A DNA stretch of 60,855 bases from Alphaproteobacteria bacterium (GTDB taxonomy: Bacteria > Pseudomonadota > Alphaproteobacteria > CAISOG01), in NCBI GenBank assembly GCA_044375625.1, contig JBILMH010000005.1, positions 1-60,855 of the forward strand, in the 5' to 3' direction. Below are positions 1 through 9,334 of this stretch, piece by piece. The notes under the pieces were generated by a model. It had not been told where the DNA came from. It searched no databases and was given only the letters and a program-made list of their open reading frames with translations. The position numbers and the translations under genes are program-made. Each line of letters begins with the position of its first letter. Within the stretch, counting starts at the first letter, position 1.

Positions 1-91
1 TATTTTCTGGGGTGGTCTAATACTTATTGGGGCAATTTTTGTAATCGGCGGGATTGCTGGTTGGTTAAAAGAAGGATGGCAACACCTTTAA
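1..91 (+). CDS. 3' end of a hypothetical membrane protein (partial)
   Basis: Frame +2 reads IFWGGLILIGAIFVIGGIAGWLKEGWQHL* with TAA at 89-91; hydrophobic; truncated by the window edge. Confidence 0.5.
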   Translation, partial: IFWGGLILIGAIFVIGGIAGWLKEGWQHL

Positions 92-124
92 CTCTAAAAT
101 TGGCTAGACAGGTATATAGGCCCC

Positions 125-147
125 ATTTTTAAAGTGGAATGACTATA
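125..147 (+). repeat. Isolated right end of the RPE/MITE-like repeat family
   Basis: ATTTTTAAAGTGGAATGACTATA is identical to the right end of the element at 14804-14982. Confidence 0.75.
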
Positions 148-151
148 AAAC

Positions 152-982
152 TTACATCGCCCGAAAGGTGACCACCAATACGTCACGATAGGCGGGCAGG
201 GTGGGGTCGATGGGCGTGACGGGGGTAACGCCATGCATCACCCGTCGATCCTCCACCAGGGCAGCATCGAATGGTTGGGTCAGGGTGAAACTGCCCAACA
301 GGGGTGGTTTGGCTGAAGCCGATGACGGGGCAGGTGATAGGTCACCCCCCTGGCCTGCCTGCTGATCGGGGATGGTGTGCACCTGGGTGGTGCCGCTGGC
401 GATATTGACGCGGTTGATCATCAGCACCAAGACGTGATCCACCCCATCACGATGCACCCCTTCGGGCGTGGGTTTGCCCAGCATTTCCGCCGCCGCCTCA
501 ATCCGAAACTGATGCACCTCCACATGCCAATTGGGCACCGCGGGGTCAATCCCGCCGAACAGCTGGTGGCAGAAGGTCAGGATGGTGGTCAGGCTTTGCC
601 CGCCACCAATTTCAGGCAGAATCGGTTCAAACCACCGCTCAATCCCGCCGTTCAGGCTGTTGTAGTCGGTGCTTTGATAGTGCGGCTGATCGGGTTGCCG
701 CTGCACAGCCGGCTGCCCCGCTGCCCCGTCAGTCGCCCGATAAACCGCATGACGGCGTTTGCGATAGCGTCCCTGATCCGCCATGTAGCGATCGGGGTGC
801 AGGCTGTTCCAACTGTCGGCAAAATCCGCCCAATCGCTCAGCGACCCTGCCGCCTGCAACAGCGGCAACATCTGGTTGGCGGACACAAAGGCAAAGCCAG
901 CGCGCAGGAAGTCCTCCAGATTAAAGGATGCGGGCGCCAGGCTTGCGGAGTGGGCGGGCGCGGCGGCGGCTGTCATAGCCAA
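152..982 (-). CDS. 2OG-Fe(II) dioxygenase family protein (BsmA-like)
   Basis: Motifs EVHQFRI, PTPEGVHRDG (HxD), distal HGVTP and RDVLVVTF. Confidence 0.85.
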   Translation of the reverse strand: MAMTAAAAPAHSASLAPASFNLEDFLRAGFAFVSANQMLPLLQAAGSLSDWADFADSWNSLHPDRYMADQGRYRKRRHAVYRATDGAAGQPAVQRQPDQPHYQSTDYNSLNGGIERWFEPILPEIGGGQSLTTILTFCHQLFGGIDPAVPNWHVEVHQFRIEAAAEMLGKPTPEGVHRDGVDHVLVLMINRVNIASGTTQVHTIPDQQAGQGGDLSPAPSSASAKPPLLGSFTLTQPFDAALVEDRRVMHGVTPVTPIDPTLPAYRDVLVVTFRAM

Positions 983-988
983 TCCCCC

Positions 989-2572
989 CTAATGCCGAAA
1001 ATGGCGGACGGCGGTCAGCACCATCGGGATGCCAGCCTGATCGGCGGCGGCGACCACCTCCGCATCGCGCATGCTGCCCCCCGGTTGGATACAGGCGGCA
1101 ATCCCCGCCGCCAATGCCTTCTCCAGCCCATCGGCAAAGGGGAAAAACGCGTCGGAGGCGATGACGGCACCGGCGGGATCGGTTTGCTGCCGCGCTTTTT
1201 GCAGGGCGAATTCCACCGCATCCACCCGACTCATCTGCCCCGCGCCAATGCCAATGGTGGCCAAATCGCGGCTAAGGACGATGGCGTTGGATTTCACATG
1301 CTTGGCCACGGTAAAGGCAAAGCGCATCTCCGCCAGCTGCCCCGCCGTCGGTTGCGCGGCGGTTGGCACCGTCACATCCTGATACAGGCCGACATCCTGC
1401 CCCTGCGTCAAAAAGCCGCCCTGTAGGGTTTTGACCTCTGGGCTGGCCAGCTGCGACTGATAACGCTGCACCTGCAACACCCGCAGGTTTTTCTTAGCCT
1501 GCAACAGTTGCAACGCGGATGCGCTATAGCTGGGCGCCAACACCACCTCAGCGAACAGGGCGGCAATTTGCGCCGCCACCTCCTCCCCCACCTCAACATT
1601 GCAGGCGATAATGCCACCAAAGGCACTGATGGGGTCACAGGCCAGGGCTTTGTGCCAGGCGGCCAGCGCGGTTTCGCCCAGGGCGACGCCGCAGGGGTTG
1701 GCGTGTTTGATAATCGCCACCGCTGCCCCAGCTTCTGCCCCAGCCCCAGCCCCAAAGCTGCCATCGAATTCCTGCACCAGTTGCCAGGCGGCGTCGCTGT
1801 CGGCCAAGTTGTTATAGCTCAACGCCTTACCCTGCAGCTGTTTGGCATTGACCACCCCGCCGATGCCGCCTACCGTGGCGTACAGCGCGGCGGCCTGATG
1901 CGGATTTTCGCCATAGCGCAGGCTGGCCAGCTTGCTGCCCGCAATCACCATGGGGGCGGCCAAGGGTTCCGCCACCTGCCCCTGCCCCGCCACCTGTTCC
2001 GAAAGCCAACGCGCGATCAGGGCGTCATAGGCCGCCGTCACCGCAAAGGCCTTGGCGGCCAGCTGTTGCCGCATCGGCGCGCTGATAACCCCGCCATGCG
2101 CCGCCGCATCCTCCGCCACCCGATCAAAATCCTGCGGATCGGTTACAATCGCCACATGGGCATGGTTTTTGGCCGCCCCACGGATCAGGGCGACGCCGCC
2201 AATATCGATTTTCTCAATACATTCGGCCACGCTGCCCCCCGCCAGCAGGGTTTCGGCAAAGGGGTACAGCGTCACCACCACCAGGTCGAGGGGGGGGATG
2301 TCATGCTGCGCCAACTGATCCATGTCGGCCGCCACCTCACGCCGCGCCAGAATGCCACCGTGGATAGCGGGGTGCAGGGTTTTGACCCGCCCGCCCAAAA
2401 TTTCAGGAAAGTTGATCAGCGATTCGACCGCCTCCACCGGCAAGGCCGCCTGTTGCAAAAATTGGTGGGTGCCGCCGCTGGCAAAAATCCTGCTGCCCGC
2501 CGCGGCCTGGCACAGGCGGCTTAGAAAGTGGTCAAGACCTGTTTTGGTGTAAACGGAGGCAAGGATGTTCAT
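989..2572 (-). CDS. purH: Bifunctional AICAR formyltransferase/IMP cyclohydrolase
   Basis: GRVKTLHP, IDIGG, LRYGENPHQ, HVKSNAIV, ASDAFFPF and C-terminal RHFRH. Confidence 0.98.
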   Translation of the reverse strand: MNILASVYTKTGLDHFLSRLCQAAAGSRIFASGGTHQFLQQAALPVEAVESLINFPEILGGRVKTLHPAIHGGILARREVAADMDQLAQHDIPPLDLVVVTLYPFAETLLAGGSVAECIEKIDIGGVALIRGAAKNHAHVAIVTDPQDFDRVAEDAAAHGGVISAPMRQQLAAKAFAVTAAYDALIARWLSEQVAGQGQVAEPLAAPMVIAGSKLASLRYGENPHQAAALYATVGGIGGVVNAKQLQGKALSYNNLADSDAAWQLVQEFDGSFGAGAGAEAGAAVAIIKHANPCGVALGETALAAWHKALACDPISAFGGIIACNVEVGEEVAAQIAALFAEVVLAPSYSASALQLLQAKKNLRVLQVQRYQSQLASPEVKTLQGGFLTQGQDVGLYQDVTVPTAAQPTAGQLAEMRFAFTVAKHVKSNAIVLSRDLATIGIGAGQMSRVDAVEFALQKARQQTDPAGAVIASDAFFPFADGLEKALAAGIAACIQPGGSMRDAEVVAAADQAGIPMVLTAVRHFRH

Positions 2573-2721
2573 GGAATCGTGCAGCTCTATTTAGGGGTGG
2601 TTGGTTGGTGGTGGTTGACCATCATTAGGCCTTCACTGATAGGCCTATTTGCCCGCTTTGTCACGCGGCCATCAGGCTTTTTGGAATAATGAAAAAAGAC
2701 ATAGACCATATCAATTTTTTG

Positions 2722-2750
2722 TTGACATTAAACCAATTTGGTTGCATATT
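2722..2750 (+). promoter_or_regulatory. Putative sigma70 promoter
   Basis: TTGACA-N17-CATATT in the AT-rich intergenic region upstream of the ORF at 2837. Confidence 0.5.
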
Positions 2751-2836
2751 CAATTTCTGTTAATGATTTGCCCTAAGTTTTTGTGCGAATGGCAAGGAAT
2801 TGATGAAACAATATTTTGATTGAAAAGGATCATGTT

Positions 2837-3220
2837 ATGCAAAAAAAACTTGCTGTGTCTGCTTTGGCTGCTTTGCCTGTAATTGCTGCGGTTGCTTTCG
2901 GCAACCCTGCTAACGCTTCAGCCGCTGAGCAGACCAAACCTGCCGCGACCAAACCCACTCCAGAACAGTGCGCCCTAATCTTGAAAATGAAGCCCAAGCA
3001 AGTATTAAATTTGGCTCGTCAGATCGATCAGCGGGCTGCGTTTGGTAAACTCTTGAGCCCAGATGCTATACAACAGTGCCCCGTAACAGTGTCTTATCAA
3101 GAACTCAGGGGGGCGATAGATAGCGCTCAACAAAATCAATCTTTGGTTGGACTTACTTATGGTCTTGCTCTTGGTGCTGCTGGTGTTCTCGCTCTCACTC
3201 GTCACGGACGGGGACGGTAA
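2837..3220 (+). CDS. Hypothetical exported protein with C-terminal membrane anchor
   Basis: ATG 2837 follows AAAAGGA; signal peptide ending ANA/ASA; C-terminal hydrophobic helix plus basic tail RHGRGR. Confidence 0.65.
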   Translation: MQKKLAVSALAALPVIAAVAFGNPANASAAEQTKPAATKPTPEQCALILKMKPKQVLNLARQIDQRAAFGKLLSPDAIQQCPVTVSYQELRGAIDSAQQNQSLVGLTYGLALGAAGVLALTRHGRGR

Positions 3221-3355
3221 CGCCCCACTCCCCCTACGACCCCATTCCCGCCAGCCCCGAACATTTCGCTTGGCTAAGGGCAAAGTTTCTGGTAGAAGCG
3301 GCCAAATTGGCTCGTCCTATCAAACAACCCTTTACGCTAAAAAAGAGATTTTTCC

Positions 3356-3778
3356 ATGGCTGTTGAACAAACCCTATCCCTGATCAAACCCGATGCCACC
3401 CGCCGCAACCTGGTTGGCGCCATTTGCCAAGTGTTTGAGGCAGCCGACCTGCGGATTGTGGCGCAAAAACGCCTGCACCTGACCCTGGAACAGGCCAAGG
3501 CCTTTTATGCCGTGCATGCCAGCCGCCCATTCTACAACGATTTGTGCAGCTATATGGCCAGTGGCCCCATCGTGGCGATGGTGTTGCAGGGTGAGGGGGC
3601 GATTGCCAAAAACCGCGACGTGATGGGCGCCACCAACCCCGCCAATGCGGCTGAGGGTACCATTCGCAAACTGTTTGCCGAATCGATTGAGGCCAACAGC
3701 GTGCACGGTTCCGACGCGCCCGAAACGGCGGCGCAGGAAATCAGCTATTTCTTCAGCGGGTTGGAATTGGTTGGCTAA
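3356..3778 (+). CDS. ndk: Nucleoside diphosphate kinase
   Basis: [25 protein letters not shown]; 140 aa. Confidence 0.98.
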   Translation: MAVEQTLSLIKPDATRRNLVGAICQVFEAADLRIVAQKRLHLTLEQAKAFYAVHASRPFYNDLCSYMASGPIVAMVLQGEGAIAKNRDVMGATNPANAAEGTIRKLFAESIEANSVHGSDAPETAAQEISYFFSGLELVG

Positions 3779-3915
3779 GCGGTTAACCGCAAAGCCCTTG
3801 TGAATCGCATCGGCTTTTGGGCATGATAACGCGGCACGCTGTCAACAAAAACGGGGCAATCCTTTTTGGCAATCAGGGTGCTATCGCCTGATTCAAAAAC
3901 GCAACCCGCGATGGC

Positions 3916-5451
3916 ATGACGCAACATTCTTCCACCACCAAATCCTTGACTGTTGAACGGCCACCGTCGCATTTACAGGCTGGGCAGCCCTTTGCCGTGG
4001 TGGTGTTGGGTTCCAGCTCCATCACCGCTGAGGCGTTTTATTTCTGGCCCAGCCTGCCCCTGGTCGGCCTGTACCGCCAGCCTGGGGATGAGGCGCCGTT
4101 GACCAGCCCGTTGCAGCTGAAGCAATCCTGCCGTTTCCTTAGCCAGCCGGGGCAGCCTGCCCGCCTCGACCCCATTTCCCTCCATCGCGCCTTCGACATC
4201 CTGCTGCCCTATATTCAGGCCGCCAGCGCCAGCGGGGTTCAACGCTTTTTCGGCGTGGCGACTGAGGCGTTTCGGCGCGCCGACCCCGCCATGGTTGACA
4301 GTTTTTTGCAATCCATTTACCACCGCAGCCATGAAAAACTGGCCATCACCCTGATTTCTGGCGCTGAGGAGGCGGAGTTGGCGGCGGCGGCGGCCAGCTG
4401 GCAATTGGGGGAATCGGCGGCCAACGGCCTGGTGCTGGATTTCGGCTCCGCCAGCCTGGATCTGGCCTGGATGCAGCGGGGCAAGGTGTTGGCGGCTGAC
4501 AGCCTGCCGCTGGGGCCCCTATGCAACGATCATGCTGGCCGCGCGGTGCAGGAATTGTTGATCAGTCGGCTGGGGCGGCAACTGAATGGCCAAACCCTGA
4601 TCCTGCGGGGTGGGCTGATGACCCGCACGGGGCTGATGGCGCTGCGTGAGGCGCATTACCCCCTGGATCGGATTGATGGCTTTGCGGTCAGCACCTCGGC
4701 GTTGTTGCCGATTTTGGCGCGTTGGATGCACCAGGATTTTACCAAATCCCGTGAGCTGGCGGTGCGCTTTAACCTGGCCGCGGGGCAACAACCCTATTTC
4801 GCCTATGCGTTGCAGGTTTTGCACGGCCTGCTCAGCGCGACCAACCCCTCCAACATTATTTTTACCCAGGCTGGATTGCATGAAGGCTTGGCCTATGGGC
4901 TGTTCCCATCCGATTGGCGGGGGCAGGATCGGATGTTGGATTGGTGCCAACAGCTGGCCGCCCCATGGACAACGGCCAGCAGCCAGGCCTATCTGCAAGA
5001 GCTTGAAAAACAAGTGTTGTTGCAACAGCCGATGCAAACCCATTGGCATCGCCGCCTGTTAAAGGCCTTATGCTGGCTAACCCTGGTGCAACAGGCGGTG
5101 GCGGCGGGGCAGACCACATCCCCCCTGCCGCTGTTGACCAACGCGACGATCCCGGAACTTAGCCCGCGGGAACGGGTATTCCTGCTTATCGCGCTGATTT
5201 TTTATGAGCATTTGCAGGAGGTGCATCGGGGCAAGTTGGAGGCGTTTGCTAAGCTTATGCCGCATGAGGATATCGCCCGCGCCCAAAATCTGGGCTTCCT
5301 GCTGCGGGAAATTGCTGAGCTGTTGCTGACCATGCCCGCGCCCTATGGCTGGGGGCATAGCGCCCCGCCCACCGCTGACCTGCCACCCATCGCCGCTAGC
5401 ATCTTGGGCGACGCCGCCGACCCCGCCGACCCTGCCGACCCCACTGCCTAA
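3916..5451 (+). CDS. Divergent Ppx/GppA phosphatase family protein
   Basis: ASKHA-like motifs VLGSSS, ATEAFR, ISGAEEA, DFGSAS, SLPLG, GLHEG; several deviate from consensus. Confidence 0.7.
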   Translation: MTQHSSTTKSLTVERPPSHLQAGQPFAVVVLGSSSITAEAFYFWPSLPLVGLYRQPGDEAPLTSPLQLKQSCRFLSQPGQPARLDPISLHRAFDILLPYIQAASASGVQRFFGVATEAFRRADPAMVDSFLQSIYHRSHEKLAITLISGAEEAELAAAAASWQLGESAANGLVLDFGSASLDLAWMQRGKVLAADSLPLGPLCNDHAGRAVQELLISRLGRQLNGQTLILRGGLMTRTGLMALREAHYPLDRIDGFAVSTSALLPILARWMHQDFTKSRELAVRFNLAAGQQPYFAYALQVLHGLLSATNPSNIIFTQAGLHEGLAYGLFPSDWRGQDRMLDWCQQLAAPWTTASSQAYLQELEKQVLLQQPMQTHWHRRLLKALCWLTLVQQAVAAGQTTSPLPLLTNATIPELSPRERVFLLIALIFYEHLQEVHRGKLEAFAKLMPHEDIARAQNLGFLLREIAELLLTMPAPYGWGHSAPPTADLPPIAASILGDAADPADPADPTA

Positions 5452-5484
5452 ACGCCGCCCCCGTCATCACGCCGCAAGAAAAAA

Positions 5485-5566
5485 ACAGCTTTTAAGCTGT
5501 AATTCGTCAATTTACTTACAGCTTTTATTCTGTTAGAATGAATTTAATAAACAGACTATAGGCTGT
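5485..5566. promoter_or_regulatory. Three palindromic operator-like sites ACAG-N8-CTGT
   Basis: ACAGCTTTTAAGCTGT (5485), ACAGCTTTTATTCTGT (5518), ACAGACTATAGGCTGT (5551); period 33 bp; directly upstream of an HTH gene. Confidence 0.75.
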
Positions 5567-5569
5567 AAA

Positions 5570-6019
5570 ATGTTCGGCAAATTCACCCAGCTGCAACGGC
5601 AAACGCTCGATCGGCACTTGGCCAACCTGCGCGATTGTGATCGCCCCACAGGCGGTTGGATCGTGGCTATCCGCAAATCTCTGGGCATGAGTGTGCGCCA
5701 AATGGCTAAGCGCATGGGGATAACCCAACAATCCGCCGCGCGTTTAGAAGCCAATGAGGTGGAGGAGGCCATCACCCTAAAGTCGCTGCGTAGGGTCGCC
5801 GAAGCCTTGAATTGCCGCCTGGTCTACGCGCTGGTGCCAGAGGGGGGTAACCTGCAACACCTTCTCGAACAACAGGCACTAATTAAGGCCAAAGACATCG
5901 TGGCAGCGGTGGATCACACCATGCAGCTTGAGGCGCAGGGCGTTGGCAATCTTCACCAAAAGATTCAAGAGATTGCGGAAGAACTGGCCAAAAACCCCAA
6001 CACCAAGCTGTGGGATTAA
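5570..6019 (+). CDS. Mobile mystery protein A (XRE-type HTH)
   Basis: GWIVAIRKSLGMS...LEANE...ITLKSLRRVAEALNCRLVYALVP, HTMQLEAQ, C-terminal LWD; paired with a Fic gene. Confidence 0.9.
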   Translation: MFGKFTQLQRQTLDRHLANLRDCDRPTGGWIVAIRKSLGMSVRQMAKRMGITQQSAARLEANEVEEAITLKSLRRVAEALNCRLVYALVPEGGNLQHLLEQQALIKAKDIVAAVDHTMQLEAQGVGNLHQKIQEIAEELAKNPNTKLWD

Positions 6020-6022
6020 ACC

Positions 6023-6613
6023 GTGCAATACCACTATATCGCAGGCCAAACGCCGCTGGATGAGGAGGAAAAGCGCGCCCTGATCCCTAGCCTTATCACC
6101 CGTGAAGATCTCAATGCGTTCGAACAAGAAAATATCCTGGAAGCCCGCCAGTGGGCGATGCAGCAAGCCACGCTCAGCAAACTGGATGTGTTCACAGAAA
6201 AGTTCCTGCTCAACCTCCACAAACGCATGTTTGGCCATGTGTGGAAATGGGCAGGCACTTTTCGCAAGACCAATAAGAATATCGGCGTGGATCGCCTGTG
6301 CATCATCACCGAACTGCACCAGCTGCTTGGTGATGCCTTATATTGGTCAGATCACAAAACCTATCCGATCAGCGATTTGGCCGTGATTTTCCATCATCGC
6401 CTGGTAAAGATTCACCTGTTCCCCAATGGTAATGGCCGTCATGCACGCATGTGCGCCGATGTTATTGTGGCCAAGTTCAATGGCGAGAAACTCAGCTGGG
6501 GCGGCAATTTAGACCTCACCAGGCCAGACGACCTGCGCACCCGCTATATTGCTGCCCTGCGCGATGCAGATGCTGGCCATTACCAACCGTTGCTGGCATT
6601 TGCGCGGTCATAG
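6023..6613 (+). CDS. Mobile mystery protein B (Fic domain)
   Basis: GQTPLD, MFGHVWKWAG, Fic motif HLFPNGNGRHAR, C-terminal FARS. Confidence 0.92.
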   Translation: MQYHYIAGQTPLDEEEKRALIPSLITREDLNAFEQENILEARQWAMQQATLSKLDVFTEKFLLNLHKRMFGHVWKWAGTFRKTNKNIGVDRLCIITELHQLLGDALYWSDHKTYPISDLAVIFHHRLVKIHLFPNGNGRHARMCADVIVAKFNGEKLSWGGNLDLTRPDDLRTRYIAALRDADAGHYQPLLAFARS

Positions 6614-6758
6614 CGATACTTATTCCTCTTGCCCCATAAAGAAGCGGCCAGATTTGAACACCACGCCAGGCCAGCAAAGCTATCCTTTGCGCTGGACACA
6701 AATTGTTGCTAAGGTGACAACATAATGGGTATGGTTTTTGCCGTTGGATGCCATTAAA

Positions 6759-6893
6759 GGAAGCGTGGCCGAGTGGTTTAAGGCGGCAAGTCTTGACAAA
6801 AGTCCAGGAGGACTTTTGGGAATCGAGCGGAGCGAGAGACCCCCAGAGGGGGCGCGTAGCCAGTAGGCGGAGCGTCAAAACTGCCGAGGGGGC
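6759..6893 (+). pseudogene. Truncated tRNA-Ser(TGA) copy with an 81-bp insert in the anticodon loop
   Basis: 6759-6796 and 6878-6893 match the 5' part of the tRNA at 6947; 6797-6877 is extra; T arm and 3' acceptor strand are absent. Confidence 0.85.
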
Positions 6894-6946
6894 TGGGGGG
6901 ATGTTGGTGTAGGTGATGGTTGATGTCGAAAGGCGAATGATATTAA

Positions 6947-7036
6947 GGAAGCGTGGCCGAGTGGTTTAAGGCTGCAGTCTTGAAAACTGCCGAGGGGGCA
7001 ACTCCTCCGTGAGTTCGAATCTCACCGCTTCCTCCA
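6947..7036 (+). tRNA. tRNA-Ser(TGA)
   Basis: Acceptor GGAAGCG/CGCTTCC, anticodon arm GCAGT-CTTGAAA-ACTGC, long variable arm, TTCGAAT loop, encoded CCA. Confidence 0.97.
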
Positions 7037-7103
7037 TTCCCGCAACCTGGTCATGCCATCAGCGTTAACAACAAGAAATGACATTTTTTAAGGAGTATGG
7101 GTT

Positions 7104-8330
7104 ATGAGCGATTTTCTGGGACTCAAAGACTGCAACGCTAAAGGCCAACGGGTGTTGGTGCGGGTGGATTACAACGTGCCCGTCGCCAATCAGGATGGGC
7201 AGGTGGTGGTAACCGATGCCAGCCGTATCGAAAAATCGCTGGCCACCATCAAAACCCTGGCGGATCAGGGGGCGCGCGTTATCCTGCTGGCGCATTTTGG
7301 CCGACCCAATGGCCAACGCGATACCACCCAATCGTTGCGCCCCGTCTATGACGTTCTTAAGGCGCAATTGGCCGCTTATCCCGTGGATTTTTGCGATCAA
7401 ACAGTCGGTGCAGAGGCCGAAGCCGCGGTGGCGGCACTGGGCGATGGTCAAATTCTGCTGTTGGAAAATGTGCGGTTCGAAGCGGGGGAGGAGGCGAATG
7501 AGGCCGCCTTTGCCCAGGCCTTGGCCAAATTGGGCGATATTTATGTCAACGATGCCTTTTCAGCGGCGCATCGTGCCCATGCCTCGACGGAGGGGGTTGC
7601 CCACCTGCTGCCCGCCTATGCTGGCCTGCTGATGGAGGCGGAGTTGGCGGCGCTGGCCAAGGCGTTGGAGCAGCCGACCCGTCCGGTAGCAGCCCTGGTT
7701 GGCGGTTCCAAGGTTTCCACCAAGTTAGAGCTGTTGTCCAACCTGTTGGATCGCGTTGACCATCTGTTGATTGGCGGCGGCATGGCCAACACCTTTTTGC
7801 ACGCGCTGGACTATCCTGTTGGCAAATCGCTGTGTGAGAAGGAATTGATTGGCACCGTGACCCGTATTTTGGATCAGGCGGCCGCGGCGGGGCGCAAAAT
7901 CCACCTGCCCACCGATGTGGTGGTCGCGCGGGAGTTTAAGGCGGGCGCGGAAAGTCGGGTGGCGGCACTGGGCGATGTGCAGGCGGATGAGATGATTTTG
8001 GATATTGGCCCCGCCACCGTGCAGGCCTGGAGCCAGGTTATTGCCGCCAGCAAGACAATGGTCTGGAACGGCCCCGTTGGCGCGTTTGAGCTGACCCCCT
8101 TTGATGCTGGCACCATCGCCCTGGCGCAACGGGTGGCCGAATTAACGGGACAGGGGCAGTTGCTGTCGGTTGCAGGCGGTGGGGATACCGTGGCCGCCCT
8201 GGCCAAGGCGGGGGTTACCGACCAAATCAGCTATGTTTCGCTGGCGGGTGGTGCCTTTTTGGAATGGTTGGAGGGCAAAACCCTGCCAGGGGTGGCCGCC
8301 CTTAAGCGACCCCTGCAACAGGCGGCCTGA
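7104..8330 (+). CDS. pgk: Phosphoglycerate kinase
   Basis: [51 protein letters not shown]. Confidence 0.98.
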   Translation: MSDFLGLKDCNAKGQRVLVRVDYNVPVANQDGQVVVTDASRIEKSLATIKTLADQGARVILLAHFGRPNGQRDTTQSLRPVYDVLKAQLAAYPVDFCDQTVGAEAEAAVAALGDGQILLLENVRFEAGEEANEAAFAQALAKLGDIYVNDAFSAAHRAHASTEGVAHLLPAYAGLLMEAELAALAKALEQPTRPVAALVGGSKVSTKLELLSNLLDRVDHLLIGGGMANTFLHALDYPVGKSLCEKELIGTVTRILDQAAAAGRKIHLPTDVVVAREFKAGAESRVAALGDVQADEMILDIGPATVQAWSQVIAASKTMVWNGPVGAFELTPFDAGTIALAQRVAELTGQGQLLSVAGGGDTVAALAKAGVTDQISYVSLAGGAFLEWLEGKTLPGVAALKRPLQQAA

Positions 8331-8360
8331 ATCCCAATTGCTAGCCAAAAAGCCTAAGCC

Positions 8361-8855
8361 GTGACAATCGCGTGCCATCAGCCGATTCATCGTTTGGCGC
8401 TGCGGGTTTATTATGAGGATACCGACGCGGGTGGCGTGGTTTATCACCCCCGCTATCTGCATTTTGCCGAACGCGCCCGCACGGAATGGTTGCGCACTGG
8501 TTGGCCACGGCAATCGGCCGATCTGCGCGACCAGGGGATGGCCTTTGTCGTGCATCACCTGAACGCCACCTATCACCGCCCCGCCCGCCTGGATCAGCTG
8601 GTGGTGGTCAGCAGCTGGCTGCATCAACATCGCCCCAGCCGCCTTATCATGACCCAACAGATTCATCGCGCCGATGAACAGCCCCTGGGCGCGCTATCGG
8701 CCGGGCAACAAGCGATGGTGGGGGATTCGGGGGATGCGGGGAGTTCGGGAGATCCTGCCCAAACCCTGCTGGTCAGCCTGTCGGTCACCCTTGCCCTGGT
8801 CAAGCTGGACAGCGGCAAACCGCAACGCCTGCCCGATTGGCTGGTGGGGGGATAA
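8361..8855 (+). CDS. ybgC: YbgC/FadM-family acyl-CoA thioesterase
   Basis: RVYYEDTDAGGVVYH..YL.FAERARTEWLR hotdog-fold motif. Confidence 0.85.
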   Translation: MTIACHQPIHRLALRVYYEDTDAGGVVYHPRYLHFAERARTEWLRTGWPRQSADLRDQGMAFVVHHLNATYHRPARLDQLVVVSSWLHQHRPSRLIMTQQIHRADEQPLGALSAGQQAMVGDSGDAGSSGDPAQTLLVSLSVTLALVKLDSGKPQRLPDWLVGG

Positions 8856-8891
8856 CCAGCCCAATCAAATCCCCTGCAGAGCGAAAACGCT

Positions 8892-9215
8892 CTAACCGCC
8901 CAGTTTTTCGGTCAGCCAGCTATCGAGTTGGGTTTTTGACATGCTGCCCACATGGGTGGCAATCGCCTGTCCATCCTTAAACAGCACCAGGGTTGGGATG
9001 CTGCGCACGCCATATTTGACGGGGGAATCGGTGTTTTCATCAACATTCACCTTAACCACCCGCACGCTATCCTTTTTTTCCTCAGCGACCTGGTCAATGA
9101 CGGGGGCAATGGCGCGGCATGGGCCACACCAGGGCGCCCAAAAATCCACCAGCACGGGTTTGTCGGACTTCAAAACTTCCTGGGCAAAATTGGCATCGGT
9201 GGTGTTGTGGGTCAT
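8892..9215 (-). CDS. trxA: Thioredoxin
   Basis: VDFWAPWCGPC, SIPTL; start placed at the ATG downstream of AGGAG. Confidence 0.96.
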   Translation of the reverse strand: MTHNTTDANFAQEVLKSDKPVLVDFWAPWCGPCRAIAPVIDQVAEEKKDSVRVVKVNVDENTDSPVKYGVRSIPTLVLFKDGQAIATHVGSMSKTQLDSWLTEKLGG

Positions 9216-9334
9216 GGCCATCTCCTGTAAGGGGAAAAAAGTATCTATCCCCAATGTAATACCGACTGGCGCCGCCTGCAAGGGTGGGCATCAGCGCACA
9301 CAAAATGGTCGCCTACCCCCAAAGCATAACCGCC

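Noticed and set aside
377-2524. Long antisense ORFs (377-1426, 1508-2524, and similar ones such as 40256-41179)
   Set aside because: Shadow frames of well-supported high-GC genes, with no motifs of their own.
5485-5566. LexA SOS boxes
   Set aside because: The half-sites are reversed relative to CTGT-N8-ACAG, the gaps between sites are 17 bp, and alphaproteobacterial LexA uses a different motif.
6797-6877. Group I intron or selenocysteine tRNA
   Set aside because: The insert is far too short for a group I core, the host copy lacks its 3' half, and the anticodon is TGA (Ser) rather than TCA.
5460-7036. Prophage or integrative element at tRNA-Ser(TGA)
   Set aside because: No integrase or phage genes, and no duplicated tRNA 3' end was found bounding the module.
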